Of a stretch of DNA of 64,000 bases, positions 27,888 to 38,634 are shown piece after piece. Under the pieces are notes generated by a model that was not told the origin of the DNA, ran no database searches, and saw nothing but the letters and a program-made list of their open reading frames with translations. The first letter of the stretch is position 1; the number at the start of each line of letters is the position of its first letter. The stretch is from Myxococcales bacterium (GTDB lineage Bacteria; Myxococcota_A; Polyangia; Polyangiales; DASUME01). The DNA lies in the NCBI GenBank assembly GCA_047601445.1, contig JASGJH010000001.1, positions 8,512,001-8,576,000 on the forward strand, given 5' to 3'. The translations under genes were made by a program, and so were the position numbers.

Positions 27888-29075
27888 GTGGATAACCTCA
27901 ATAACCCGGTCGTGCGCGCGTTCTCGGATGCAAATGGAGAGCGCAACAAAAGCCAACGTCATCACTGGTGGCCCGTGGCCTACAGCTCGGAGCTCGGTTC
28001 CGACAAGCCCCTGGCCATCAAGCTATTCGGCGAGCCGCTCGCGCTGTTTCGAGGCAAGGACCGGGTTGGCTGTGTTGCGGATGTATGTCCGCACAAGTCG
28101 GCCGCGCTCTCCGCAGGCTTCGTCGAAAACGGAGAGCTCGCATGTCGTTACCATGGCTGGCGCTTTGACCCAGGAGGCGCATGTTCCTATCCCGAGGAGC
28201 TGAGAGACCGACGTAAGACGGCGCGCTACGCGTATCCGGCGCTGGACGACGGGCTCTTGATTTGGGTGTTCCCCTCCACCGACGAGCCGGTCGAGTTCGT
28301 GAATCCGGTGCTCGAGCACGCACGGCGCGTCGGCGCGAAAATCCGCGCATTCAAGCCACGAAAGTTCGAGTTCGACCAACCCTGGGAGCTCTGGGCAGCG
28401 AGCTTCGTCGACGGTACTCACCACGAGTACGCCCACCCCAAGACGTTCATGGAATCGCAGCGCGACACGCTCACCTTCATGTTCGACCCCGCGCTGAGTC
28501 CGGCTGCCATGGTGGTCCGCGGTCGTCACGATCGCACCATGGGAGTGCTCGCCTATCTGACTTTCAGTCCGGAGGAAGAAGGCAGACACAAGCAGTTCCT
28601 GACTCTCTTCCCGACCTCCGACATCCTCCCGGGTCCATTGAGTTGCGGCATCTTCCGCACATTCCGCATCGCGGAGTTGCTCTATCAAGTGGTCTACGAA
28701 GACTACTACTTGATCGTGAAGCAAGCGGAGCGCATTCGCCAAGGCGCTTCCAAGTGGGGCATTCGCGGCCGCTATGGCGCGCCAACGTCGGATCAGTTCA
28801 TCGACTGGCACCGCGAACGTGAGCTCGATCCTGTCTGGTTCCACGCCTACGGCGCCGACGGCATGCCCGTCCTCGGTGCGGGGGACGCATCCCCGCGGCC
28901 TGGCAAGCCCGCGCTGCCGATTCTCCAGGATTCGGGCCCGGAACTTGGACCGACGCTCGCGCGGACGCCGCGGGCTACCTTCGAAGATGCGAGCCCCAGC
29001 ACCTGGAGCAGATTGGCTCTCTATGACCGCGTGGTGAAGGGAATCGCGGAGGGCGCATTGCGCATGTCTCGCTAG
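27888..29075 (+). CDS. Rieske non-heme iron oxygenase
   Basis: CPHK...CRYHGW Rieske motif; DGTHHEYAH mononuclear-iron motif; AGGAG RBS. Confidence 0.9.
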   Translation: MDNLNNPVVRAFSDANGERNKSQRHHWWPVAYSSELGSDKPLAIKLFGEPLALFRGKDRVGCVADVCPHKSAALSAGFVENGELACRYHGWRFDPGGACSYPEELRDRRKTARYAYPALDDGLLIWVFPSTDEPVEFVNPVLEHARRVGAKIRAFKPRKFEFDQPWELWAASFVDGTHHEYAHPKTFMESQRDTLTFMFDPALSPAAMVVRGRHDRTMGVLAYLTFSPEEEGRHKQFLTLFPTSDILPGPLSCGIFRTFRIAELLYQVVYEDYYLIVKQAERIRQGASKWGIRGRYGAPTSDQFIDWHRERELDPVWFHAYGADGMPVLGAGDASPRPGKPALPILQDSGPELGPTLARTPRATFEDASPSTWSRLALYDRVVKGIAEGALRMSR

Positions 29076-29125
29076 GGCGGTCTGGCCGTCCGCTTCCTGA
29101 CTGTCCATTCACAAGGAGTTCTGAG

Positions 29126-31229
29126 GTGACCCCAAGCTTCGAAAATCTAGTTGATGCCGCACGCGCACGCGGGATGGAGTGCGAAGGTCGTCCGATGTAC
29201 ACGTTCCTCGAGGACGGAGAGTCGAACGCGCGAAGTCTGACTTCGGCTGAGCTCGACAGGCACGCCCGATCCGTGGCGGCCGCGTTGCAAGCGCGCTTTG
29301 CCCCAGGCTCGCGGCTGGTGTTGGCCTTGCCGCCAGGACTCGACTACGTGGTCTCGTTCTGGTCCTGCCTGTACGCGGGGGTTTGCGCCGTTCCGCTCTA
29401 TCCACCCATGAACCCCAAGCATGTGGGTCGCATGATCTCGGTGATGCGAGACTGCGACGCGGCGGGCGTCATCACGCTCGGCGCCTTCGCTGGCATCATG
29501 GGGAGCTGGCTGTCGGCCCAGGGCACCGACCCCACGCAGTATCAGTGGCTGAGCATTGATGGAATCGCGCGCGACGAGTTCGCCGCTTGGACGCGCCCAG
29601 CGCTCGAGCCAGAGTCGATCGCCTTCCTGCAGTACACCTCGGGCTCCACCGGCGAGCCCAAGGGGGTCATGCTGAGCCACCGCGCGCTGACCTACAATTC
29701 CAAGGTGATTTACGAGGCCTACGAGCAGGTCTTCGAGACCGCCAAGCAGCCGCTGGGCAAGGTTTCGGTGAGCTGGCTGCCCCCCTATCACGACCTCGGG
29801 CTGATCGACGGCGTTCTGCAGCCGGCCCTTGCGGGCAAGCACGCCGTGTTGATGTCGCCGCTGGCGTTCCTCGAAAAGCCCGCGCGCTGGCTGAAGGCCA
29901 TCACCAAGTATCGTGGGACCACGTCGGGCGGCCCCTGCTTCGGCTACGACCTGTGCGAGCGCAAGGTCTCCGAGGCAGACCTTGCGGAGCTCGACCTGAG
30001 CTCCTGGTACTGCTCCTACAACGCGGCCGAGCCGATTCGGCGTGAGGTCGTCGAGCGGTTCACGGCGAAGTTCGAGCGCTGCGGCTATCAGCGTCACGCG
30101 TTCACGCCCGTCTACGGACTGGCCGAGGCGTCGCTGATGGTGACCGGTGACTGCAAGTTCGGCAACAACTACTGGGTCGCGCTCGATCGAGACAAGCAGA
30201 GCGAGGCCGTCGTGGTGCGCGGCCCGAGCAACAAGACCGACTATGCCCTGGTCTCCCTGGGACACGCTCGCGGGGACACCAAGCTGCGCGTGGTGAACCC
30301 CGAGACGATGCGGCCTTGCGCGCCGCGCGAGATCGGCGAGGCATGGATCTCGGGCTCGAGCTTGGCTCATGGTTACTGGGGCAAGCCCGAGCTGAACGCG
30401 GCGGTGTTCTCGGCGTTCACGCGCGACGCCGACGGTGCTCAGCTCGAAGGACCCTTCTTCCGCACGGGAGACCTGGGCTTTCTCACGGAGGATGGGACCT
30501 TCTTCATCAGTGGCCGGCTCAAGGATCTCATCATCCTGCGCGGCAAGAACCACTACCCGCAGGACATCGAAGCGAGCGCGCAGCACGGGCACGCCAGCCT
30601 ACGCGGCGGTGGCGGCGCGGCATTCTCGGTGCAAGGCGCCGATGGCGAAGCCCTGGTCCTGGTGCAAGAGGTTCGAGCCAACGTGCCGCCAGAGTCTTGG
30701 CCGGACATCTTGCGGGCGGCCGAGCGGGCCATCGTCGAGAACCATGGCGTGACTCCCCACGACATCGTCTTGATCGCCCACAACGGTTTGCCCAAGACAT
30801 CCAGCGGGAAGATCCGGCGCTTCAAGGCCCGTGAGAAGTACCTGGACGGGTCGATGACCATCCTCGCGAGCTCGCGGGGGAGCCGCGAAACGGAGAGCGC
30901 CGAGCGAGAGAAGCGCCTCCGCAAGGTCGAGCGCAAGATGGTGGCCTGGATTGCCGAGCACGCCGACCTCGAGCTCCAGGCGGTGGGTCGCGACACGGAC
31001 TTCGCGGAGTTCGGCATCGATTCCGTGGCGGTGGTGGAGCTGATCTGCGAGGTCGAAGAGGTGGTGGGCTTCAGAGATCGCCGACGGCGCAGCGTCGCAA
31101 TGCCGGACGGTGGCCCAACTGCTGGCCTTCCTCGAGACCGATGCGGCGCGCGCGGGTCGGAGCCCGGTTGAGCCGGCTCCGGCGCCCAGCGATGGCGCGA
31201 CTGTGGAGTTCGTGGTGCCGAGGCTCTGA
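29126..31229 (+). CDS. fatty acyl-AMP ligase fused to an acyl carrier protein (frameshift near 31073)
   Basis: FLQYTSGSTGEPKG, SWLPPYHDLGLI, YGLAEA, RTGDLGF, LPKTSSGKIRR; ACP motif FGIDSV; removing one A completes the ACP (FEIADG...TVAQLLAFL). Confidence 0.92.
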
Positions 31230-31283
31230 CGAGGAGCCCACAAAGAGAACGAAGGCCATCCTGAGGATGGAAAGGGTGTTGCT

Positions 31284-32471
31284 ATGATATCGGACGTAGA
31301 CGGAAGCGTACTGACTGATTTCAGAACCGTTCAGCTGACGGAGCCGAAAAAACAAGAGGACGTGTTGAACTACTTCGCCTGGGTGATCGCGGCGCACCGC
31401 TGTCGCGACCTGAAGGTCAAGGAGGCGACCGAAGCGCAGGCCATCATGGCCGATGTCAAAGAGAAGGTGTGGGCCTATGGCGTAACGCCGGAGCATATCC
31501 GCGCGCGCCAGCTCAACGCACTGCCTAGTCTATCTGGAGAGGCCAGCAATACGCCGGGGCTCCCCGACCTGATGAGCTTCGAGGATGGCCCCCAGGGGGG
31601 CGACTTGAGGCACAAGATGAAGCGCTACAAAGACGTGGCGCGTGCAGCCTTCGAGAAGGCGTATGACCGGGATGCGACCCGGCCAAGCAGTTTGATCCAC
31701 GTCACGTGCGCTGGATACGTGTCCCCCAGCGCGGCACAGGAGTTCGTTTCAGAGCGCGGCTGGAACGATACCGGCGTGACCCACTCCTACCACATGGGGT
31801 GCTACGGCGCGTTTCCTCCGGTCAAGATGGCGACGGGCTATCTGGCACGCGGTGCCACGGATGGGCTCGGGTTCAATGACGAGCAAGTCGACATCGTGCA
31901 CACGGAGTTCCTCTCCTTGCACGGGGACTACTCGACCGTCGATCCCGGCTCGCTCGTGAACATGACGCTGTTCGCCGACGGCTTCGCCAAGTACTCCGTG
32001 GTCCGCAAGAGTCGCCTGGCTGGGCGTCCTGGCCTCGAGGTGGTGGCGCAGTTCGAGACGATCATCCCGGATACCAGCGCCGAGATGACGTGGGCGCCCA
32101 CCGGGCGGCTCTTCGAGATGTACCTTGCCCGCACAGTGCCACTGCGTATCAAGCAGCACATCCGTCCTTTCGTGGCGGAGCTCTGCCGACGTGCGGGACT
32201 GGAGCTCGAGCGCGACAAGGAAGACTTGGTGTTCGCCATCCATCCGGGAGGTCCCAAGATCCTCGATCACATCAAGCAAGAGCTGGGCATCACCGAGCAG
32301 CAGATGCACTGGAGTCGCGAGGTGCTCAACGAGCTCGGGAATATGTCGTCCTCCACGATTCCTCACATTTGGAGTCGCATGCTGGAGAGCACGGAGGTGG
32401 GAACACACGTAGTCAGCATGGCGTTTGGCCCGGGTCTCACGGCCACCGGTCTCGTGCTGAGAAGGGTCTAG
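31284..32471 (+). CDS. type III polyketide synthase
   Basis: Cys-His-Asn triad: HMGCYGA, AIHPGGPKIL, GNMSS; C-terminal AFGPGLT. Confidence 0.95.
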   Translation: MISDVDGSVLTDFRTVQLTEPKKQEDVLNYFAWVIAAHRCRDLKVKEATEAQAIMADVKEKVWAYGVTPEHIRARQLNALPSLSGEASNTPGLPDLMSFEDGPQGGDLRHKMKRYKDVARAAFEKAYDRDATRPSSLIHVTCAGYVSPSAAQEFVSERGWNDTGVTHSYHMGCYGAFPPVKMATGYLARGATDGLGFNDEQVDIVHTEFLSLHGDYSTVDPGSLVNMTLFADGFAKYSVVRKSRLAGRPGLEVVAQFETIIPDTSAEMTWAPTGRLFEMYLARTVPLRIKQHIRPFVAELCRRAGLELERDKEDLVFAIHPGGPKILDHIKQELGITEQQMHWSREVLNELGNMSSSTIPHIWSRMLESTEVGTHVVSMAFGPGLTATGLVLRRV

Positions 32472-32473
32472 TC

Positions 32474-33442
32474 ATGGCGCAAAACGTCGCACATTTCGAA
32501 TACAACGGAAAACTCGGTTGGGGCTTGGTCTCGGAGGAATTCATCCAGCCCTTTCCCGAATCGTGGGGCTCCACCACGGCCGAAATCATCGCCCACAAGG
32601 CTGAAATCCGTGCGCTCGCTGCGTCGCCCGGGAAGGCGTGGGGCGAAAGCATCGCGCTCGAGAGCGTGAACCTACTAAGCCCGATCACGACGCCCTGCCG
32701 CATCTACTGCCAGGGCATGAACTACCGATCGCACCTCGAGAGCGCAAACGTCTCGACCAAGGACCGCGGATTCAACACGTTCTTCACCAAGTCCTCGGCA
32801 TCCGTCACGGGGCCACGCGGGTCCATCGTGCGCCCGGCGCACGTCCAGCTACTCGACTACGAGCTCGAGCTCGGCCTCGTCATCGGTCGGGAAGTTCGCT
32901 CCGAGCAGACGGTCTCGGAGCAAGGGTTGAGTGACGTCGTCGCTGGGTTGGTCATCGGCAACGATGTGTCGGCTCGCTGTGTTCAGCTCACGCAGGTGCA
33001 GTTCTTCAAGGGTAAGAGCTATCGCTCGTTCTGCCCGCTCGGCCCGTATCTCTGCCTGCTCGATGCGGACGAGTATCACTACATCGACAAGCTCGATCTG
33101 CATCTGCGGGTCAACGGCGCGACGCGTCAGAGTGACACGACCGCCAACATGATCTTCAAGCCCGCCGAGACGCTCACCGAGCTGACTCAGTTCGCCGATC
33201 TGCACGTCGGCGACGTGGTGCTCACGGGGACGCCAGGCGGTTGCGCGGTGAAGGCGCCGACCAACAAGGCGCTTCTGTTGGCGGCGAAGCTCATGCCGGA
33301 GGCCATGAAGTGGCGCGTCTTCGTGAAGAAGCAGCTCGCCATTGAAGAGTACTTGCGCCATGGGGACGTCGTGCGCGCGAGCATCGTGAGCAAGGACCGC
33401 CGCATCGACCTCGGCGAGCAGATTCATCAGGTGATGGCCTGA
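32474..33442 (+). CDS. fumarylacetoacetate hydrolase family protein
   Basis: GMNYRSH, LDYELEL, NDVSAR, KGKSY, GDVVLTGTPGG; ATG 2 bp after the PKS stop. Confidence 0.92.
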   Translation: MAQNVAHFEYNGKLGWGLVSEEFIQPFPESWGSTTAEIIAHKAEIRALAASPGKAWGESIALESVNLLSPITTPCRIYCQGMNYRSHLESANVSTKDRGFNTFFTKSSASVTGPRGSIVRPAHVQLLDYELELGLVIGREVRSEQTVSEQGLSDVVAGLVIGNDVSARCVQLTQVQFFKGKSYRSFCPLGPYLCLLDADEYHYIDKLDLHLRVNGATRQSDTTANMIFKPAETLTELTQFADLHVGDVVLTGTPGGCAVKAPTNKALLLAAKLMPEAMKWRVFVKKQLAIEEYLRHGDVVRASIVSKDRRIDLGEQIHQVMA

Positions 33443-33459
33443 TCCGGGAAGGAGATCGC

Positions 33460-34533
33460 ATGCTGCAGAAAGTCATCCCGTTGAGCGAGCCCAAAGAGGC
33501 AGCGCTCGCGCACGCCACGCGCCTGGTCTACCTGGTGTTCGAGCGTCGAAACCTCGGAGCGCAACAGACCTTCATGGAGGAGTTTGGACTCACGACCCTG
33601 TCGCAGCAGGGACGTACCCTCTACATGGGAGCCCAAGCCGAGTCGTTCTACTGCTACCGCTGTGAGGAGGGGGCGCGGGATGGCTTGCTCGGCTTCGGCC
33701 TCGCCGTCTCGGAGCGCGCCGAGCTCGAGCGTCTCGCGCAGCGCTTCGGGGTTGCGAGCGAGTTCCATGCATGGCCACTTCCGCATGAGAAGATCGTGCT
33801 ACGCGACCCCAACGGGTTGGCCATCGAGGTGCTTTGGATGGCGGGTGACGTTGACCCCAGTCGGGACGCCCGCCCAGCCGCGAGTCCGCGCGGCCGTGGT
33901 GAGGAGATTCGCTTGGTGTCGCGCCCGGCACGGATCCACAAGCTAGGTCACTTGGTGCTCGACGTCTTCCGGTTTCAGGAATCCGTGGCCTGGTATCGGG
34001 AGCTGTTCGGGATGTTGCCGACCGATGTGTTGTGCCTGGACAGCGGCGAGCCAGTCGTGGCGTTCATGCGCTTCGACCGCGGCAGCGCCCTCACCGAGCA
34101 TCACAGCCTGGTCATCAGCTCGAACATTCAGGTCGGCTGCAACCACAGCGCCTACGAGGTTTCCAGCCTGGACGACATGGCGATGGGCCAGCAGGTTCTG
34201 CAGGCGCGTCGTCGTCGGCATGTCTGGGGCATTGGTCGCCACTTGCTCGGCAGTCAGCTCTTCGACTATTGGCGTGATCCGGCGGGTGAAGTCGTCGAGC
34301 ACTACTTCGATAGCGACCGCTACGACGCATCGCGACCCGTCGAGTATCACCGCTTGTCGAGCAGTGGACTCTACCAATGGGGGCCGAACGTGCCGGCCGG
34401 ATTCGGTCTGCCCAAGCTCGACGCCCAGAAGCTGCAGCACCTGTTCAAAGCCGCTTTCGCAGGCGACCTGAAGCTCGGGCGCGTGCTGCGCATGAAGAAG
34501 CAAATGTCCGAACCCGCCAAGGCTTGGCTCTAG
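33460..34533 (+). CDS. VOC-superfamily extradiol ring-cleavage dioxygenase
   Basis: Two VOC modules; KLGHLVL, EHHSL, NHSAYEV, WGIGRHLLGSQLFDYWRDPAGEVVEH. Confidence 0.88.
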   Translation: MLQKVIPLSEPKEAALAHATRLVYLVFERRNLGAQQTFMEEFGLTTLSQQGRTLYMGAQAESFYCYRCEEGARDGLLGFGLAVSERAELERLAQRFGVASEFHAWPLPHEKIVLRDPNGLAIEVLWMAGDVDPSRDARPAASPRGRGEEIRLVSRPARIHKLGHLVLDVFRFQESVAWYRELFGMLPTDVLCLDSGEPVVAFMRFDRGSALTEHHSLVISSNIQVGCNHSAYEVSSLDDMAMGQQVLQARRRRHVWGIGRHLLGSQLFDYWRDPAGEVVEHYFDSDRYDASRPVEYHRLSSSGLYQWGPNVPAGFGLPKLDAQKLQHLFKAAFAGDLKLGRVLRMKKQMSEPAKAWL

Positions 34534-34543
34534 GAGCTTCCGT

Positions 34544-36241
34544 ATGAGGTCTCAGGAGACGATCGACGTAGCGATTGTTGGCGCGGGGCCCGTGGGCCTC
34601 ACGCTGTCGGCCAAGCTCGCTCAAATGGGCCTCAAGGTCGTGTGTTACGAGGAGAATCAGGCGCTCTACGCCTTCCCGAGAGCAGTCGGCCTCGACGACG
34701 AGTCACTGCGCGCCTTTCATGGACTGGGCATCGGCGAGCGGGAGCTCGACCCGTGCCTGATGAATTGTGCGGGCATCAAGTACTATGGCGAACATGGGCA
34801 GTTCCTGACCATGATCCACCCCAAGGAGCGGCCCTACGGGCACTTCAAGGGCGCGAGCTTCTACCAGCCATTTCTCGAGAATTTGCTGCTCCAGCGAGCG
34901 TGCGCGCTGGGGGCCAAGGTGCAGTTCGGAGCGCGCGTAGTCGGGCTCGAGCTCAACGGCGACCATGCGCTGCTGATGCTGCAAGGCGAGACGGGAGTTC
35001 GTCACCAAGTTGCGAGCTATGTCGTGGGTTGCGATGGATCTCGAAGCTTCGTTCGCAAAAATCTGCGGATCGGCTTCAAGGGGACGACTTTCGAGCAGCG
35101 TTGGTTGGTGGTGGACACGGCCAACGACGTGTGGCCGGAGCGCTACGCCGAGGTCTGGTGCTCGAGCGCGCGGCCGACCGTGACCATCCCGCGCCGGCAA
35201 GGCTTTCGGCGTTGGGAGTTCATGCTGAAGCCGGGCGAGGATGCTGCGGACTTCGACACGCTGGACAAGATTCGACCGCTCCTCGAACAGCGCGTGCCTG
35301 TCGATCGCATCGAGATTGAGCGCTTCAACGTCTACACGTTTCACTCGCGCGTGGCGGACAGCTATCGTCGCGGACGCGTGTTCTTGGCAGGCGATGCTGC
35401 CCACGTCATTCCGCCCTTCATGGCGCAGGGCATGGCCGCGGGCGTGCGCGATGCGGAGAACCTGGCTTGGAAGCTCGCCGGTGTGATCAAGGGCAGGCTG
35501 CGTGAGCAGGTGCTGGATTCTTACGAGACTGAGCGGCGACCTCACTTGTTGGCGATGGGCAAGCTGTCCGAGCGCGCGGGCGCCTTCATGATGCCGCAGA
35601 GCCGCTTGCGCTCATTGACCAAGGATTTCGTCGTGCGCGCCCTGCATCGTATCCCGGGAGTAGCGAGCGCCGTCGAGGAAGCGCGCATGCGGCCCGACCC
35701 AATTTACCGGGCGGGGCTGTTCTCACGCCAGCCGAGCGACACGTTCGCTGGAAGCATGTTCCCGCAACCGCTGGTGCGCGATACGGCCGGCGTCGACGGT
35801 CTGCTAGACCTCCACCTCGGCGCTGGCTTCTCATTGGTCTGCTATGGCGCCGCCGAACGCCCGCTCCTTGCAGCACTCCAGGAACGGCTCACTAGGCTTG
35901 GTTGTCGTGCGCTACAGATTGCGCCGCAGGGGTTGCACGTGGATCAGCGATTCAAGCGCTTGCCCGATGCGACGCTCGTTGAGGATCGTCATAACGCCAT
36001 CGGTGCGTGGCTGCGGGACCGCGAGGCGTCATGCTTCTTGCTGCGGCCCGATCGCTACGTCATCGCCAGCTTCTCGCTGTATGCGCAAAGCGAGCTCGTG
36101 GCGTGGTTAGATGGAGAGCTGTTGAATCCAGGGCGCGCCGAGCTTTCGCCGCCGCTCGAGCGCGCCGTGCGTGCGGGAAAGTCCCAACCCACAAGCCCCG
36201 GTAACGGCGCCGCGGGTGTGCGCCACACGGCTTCCGTCTGA
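34544..36241 (+). CDS. FAD-dependent aromatic hydroxylase (MhpA/PheA-like)
   Basis: VGAGPVGL, GCDGSRSFVR, LAGDAAH...QGMAAGVRDAENLAWKL, C-terminal LRPDRY. Confidence 0.93.
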   Translation: MRSQETIDVAIVGAGPVGLTLSAKLAQMGLKVVCYEENQALYAFPRAVGLDDESLRAFHGLGIGERELDPCLMNCAGIKYYGEHGQFLTMIHPKERPYGHFKGASFYQPFLENLLLQRACALGAKVQFGARVVGLELNGDHALLMLQGETGVRHQVASYVVGCDGSRSFVRKNLRIGFKGTTFEQRWLVVDTANDVWPERYAEVWCSSARPTVTIPRRQGFRRWEFMLKPGEDAADFDTLDKIRPLLEQRVPVDRIEIERFNVYTFHSRVADSYRRGRVFLAGDAAHVIPPFMAQGMAAGVRDAENLAWKLAGVIKGRLREQVLDSYETERRPHLLAMGKLSERAGAFMMPQSRLRSLTKDFVVRALHRIPGVASAVEEARMRPDPIYRAGLFSRQPSDTFAGSMFPQPLVRDTAGVDGLLDLHLGAGFSLVCYGAAERPLLAALQERLTRLGCRALQIAPQGLHVDQRFKRLPDATLVEDRHNAIGAWLRDREASCFLLRPDRYVIASFSLYAQSELVAWLDGELLNPGRAELSPPLERAVRAGKSQPTSPGNGAAGVRHTASV

Positions 36242-36476
36242 CTGAGGAAAGGATCTGCGCGCCCGCATGCAACCGGGCCAGAGCGCGGGCTCCGAACACC
36301 TCTTCGGCGAAGAGCAGCCCGGCGGTGCCCTGCTGCTCGGCTCGCGTGCAGAGCGTGTCGACGTCGCGGCAGCCCTCGGCGTCGAGACTTGCCTTGCGGC
36401 CCGCAATCAGCAGTCCTACAGATTGCGGCTTTGCAGATGGCGGCTCTGAGGGTGGCCGCTCGCGACTCGCTCCGCC

Positions 36477-36971
36477 TCACTTCCCCTTCGTCAGCTGCGC
36501 ATCAAAGATCGTCTGATTATCCGACAGCTGACAATCCCCCGCGCCGCCTCCCGTCATCCCCGAAACCGGATCACGCAGCGAGAACTTACACCGCATGCGC
36601 GTCCCACTCGCCGCCGTCAGATGCGCGAGCACCTGCCCCGAGTACTCCGTCACGAATCCATCCGCGGGCCCCGAGTACCAAGGATTGCCCCACGCCGGAT
36701 CGCCCCAGGCGTTGTAGTAGGGCCCGTACGCGTCCGCGTTCACGGTGGCCGTGGCTTGCAGGAACGTCCCGTTGAACTCGGTGCCATTCGGCAACGTGGC
36801 TTCGATGTTGCCCTGGGTCGGATCCACGCCGCTGTGCCAGAGGAAGGTCACGGGCCCTTCGGCCTTGGTTCCATCTGCCGTCGCGGCCGATTCGAGCGTG
36901 CCCTGGCCGCCGCCGCCGTGCTGACAAGCGCCTAACGCCACGAGCGAGAGAGTGATGCAGGTACGACGCAT
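36477..36971 (-). CDS. hypothetical lipoprotein
   Basis: Signal peptide ending LGAC; strong codon bias. Confidence 0.75.
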   Translation of the reverse strand: MRRTCITLSLVALGACQHGGGGQGTLESAATADGTKAEGPVTFLWHSGVDPTQGNIEATLPNGTEFNGTFLQATATVNADAYGPYYNAWGDPAWGNPWYSGPADGFVTEYSGQVLAHLTAASGTRMRCKFSLRDPVSGMTGGGAGDCQLSDNQTIFDAQLTKGK

Positions 36972-37250
36972 GTGCGGTGCTCCTTTGCGCCTCAAGTGGG
37001 CGCACCTTGTTCGAGCGAACCGAGGTTTCGTTCGATGCGCCAAGAGCAGCAAGAACGATGCCCGCACGTGGGCGCACGCTTGCAGCCGCATGCAGCAACG
37101 ATTGCACTTGCTCGTCGAGCTCAACGCAGCCCGCGCTTGATTTCTCTCTGAGCTCAAGCTGCGTGCACGTCAATCCAGTCATAGACCGCAGTCCCACTCG
37201 ATATCTAGTGTCGCACCCGCTTGGCCGCGGCTTATGCGTGGAGGTGCCCG

Positions 37251-38453
37251 ATGTCCTGCGTGGTTTCTCGCGACTCTTCAGCTGACTATCTTGAGCGCTC
37301 ACGCGTCGCACGCTCGCGCTTCGCCTTGGCAGGCTGCTTCGCACTGCTCTTGAGCGCCTGCGCAGCGGAGCCTCCGGCGACTCACAGCACGGGCAACATC
37401 ACCGGTGAAGGCGATGGCGACGGGTCTGGCGAGGGCGATGGCGACGGCGATGGATCCGGTGAAGGCGACGGCGACGGCACTGGCGGTGACGGTGACACGG
37501 GTGACGGCGACGGCCCCGGTGTTCCACTCGATCCTGGCGAGTGCGCGGCCATCCGCAAAGAAGCCCCAGGCAAGGGCGGCGTGGACGTGATCATGTTGCT
37601 CGATACCTCGGGCAGCATGCTGCACGCGACCACGCAGGTGGTGCAGAACCTGAGCAAGTTCATCCAGGACTTCGAGGGCAGCAAGGCCGACCTGCACGTG
37701 GTGATGATCACGGGCTCCGACCCCGCCAACGGCACGCCCGTAGCAGGCGACAAGAGCCGCTATCGCTTCCTCAAGTCCACCGTGGACAGCAAGCAGCTCT
37801 TCACCGTCGCGCTCAACCAGTTCCCGAACTACAAGGACTTCATGCGTCCCAACGCGGCCACGCAATTCGTGATGATCACGGACGACGAGGACGCGATCGA
37901 CCCGGCCATGTTCCGCTCGCAGATGGAGAAGCTGCTGGGACACAAGTTCACCCAGCACGCCATCGCTTCCGAGGACTTCATGGGCACGGCTTGCTACAGC
38001 GAGGCCATCGGCTGCCCGGTGATCCCCGGCGTGCCGCCCATCCCGGCGGTGTGCGGCGCCGCGGCGATCGGCAAGCGCTACTACTCGCTGGCCATGATGA
38101 CTGGCGGCAAGACCATGTCCATCTGCAAGGCAGACTGGCAGCCGGTGTTCGCTGACCTCAAGAACGCTGTGATCGACGCGGTGCCCTTGCCCTGCGACTA
38201 CCCGCTCGCCGACGCCAAGGGCGACGATCCCATCGACCCGCAGAAGGTGCAGATCGTCTACTCCAACAACGGCAAGGACAGCGAGTTCCCGCGCGCCAAG
38301 ACCCGCGACGCCTGCGCCGACAAAGAAGGCTGGTACTACGACAACCCCGATGCACCGGCGGTGATCAGCCTGTGTCCTTCGGCTTGCGCGGCCGTGCAGG
38401 CGGGCGGCTCCATTGATTTAGGCTTTGGGTGCGAACCGCTGATGATCTTCTGA
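37251..38453 (+). CDS. vWA-domain lipoprotein with Gly-Asp repeat linker; start uncertain
   Basis: LSAC lipobox; GEGDGDG repeats; MIDAS DTSGSM; Cys-rich C-terminus (GWYYD...LCPSAC). Confidence 0.85.
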   Translation: MSCVVSRDSSADYLERSRVARSRFALAGCFALLLSACAAEPPATHSTGNITGEGDGDGSGEGDGDGDGSGEGDGDGTGGDGDTGDGDGPGVPLDPGECAAIRKEAPGKGGVDVIMLLDTSGSMLHATTQVVQNLSKFIQDFEGSKADLHVVMITGSDPANGTPVAGDKSRYRFLKSTVDSKQLFTVALNQFPNYKDFMRPNAATQFVMITDDEDAIDPAMFRSQMEKLLGHKFTQHAIASEDFMGTACYSEAIGCPVIPGVPPIPAVCGAAAIGKRYYSLAMMTGGKTMSICKADWQPVFADLKNAVIDAVPLPCDYPLADAKGDDPIDPQKVQIVYSNNGKDSEFPRAKTRDACADKEGWYYDNPDAPAVISLCPSACAAVQAGGSIDLGFGCEPLMIF

Positions 38454-38454
38454 G

Positions 38455-38634
38455 CTATTTGCCGAGCGCCTCGCGGGTTGGGATCACCTTGCCATCGCGC
38501 AGGAACTGCACTTCGTCGGCCATGATCATGCGCACGCGCTCGCGCAGGCCGATCGCTTCGAATGCGCTGCGCGAGATGAGGTTGTAGCCGCCGCCGGCGC
38601 GCTTGAGGCCCACTTGGTCGTAGCGCCCAGTCAC
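38455..38634 (-). CDS. small protein (59 aa) translationally coupled to amt
   Basis: GTGA overlap with the amt stop; good codon usage. Confidence 0.6.
   Translation of the reverse strand: MTGRYDQVGLKRAGGGYNLISRSAFEAIGLRERVRMIMADEVQFLRDGKVIPTREALGK

Noticed and set aside
32090..32473. N-terminal extension of the FAH ORF (450 aa as listed)
   Set aside because: Overlaps the PKS in another frame; the real start is most likely ATG 32474
36401..36432. Terminator hairpin CCGCAATC/GATTGCGG after the PKS operon
   Set aside because: 12-nt loop and weak U-tract; too uncertain to call
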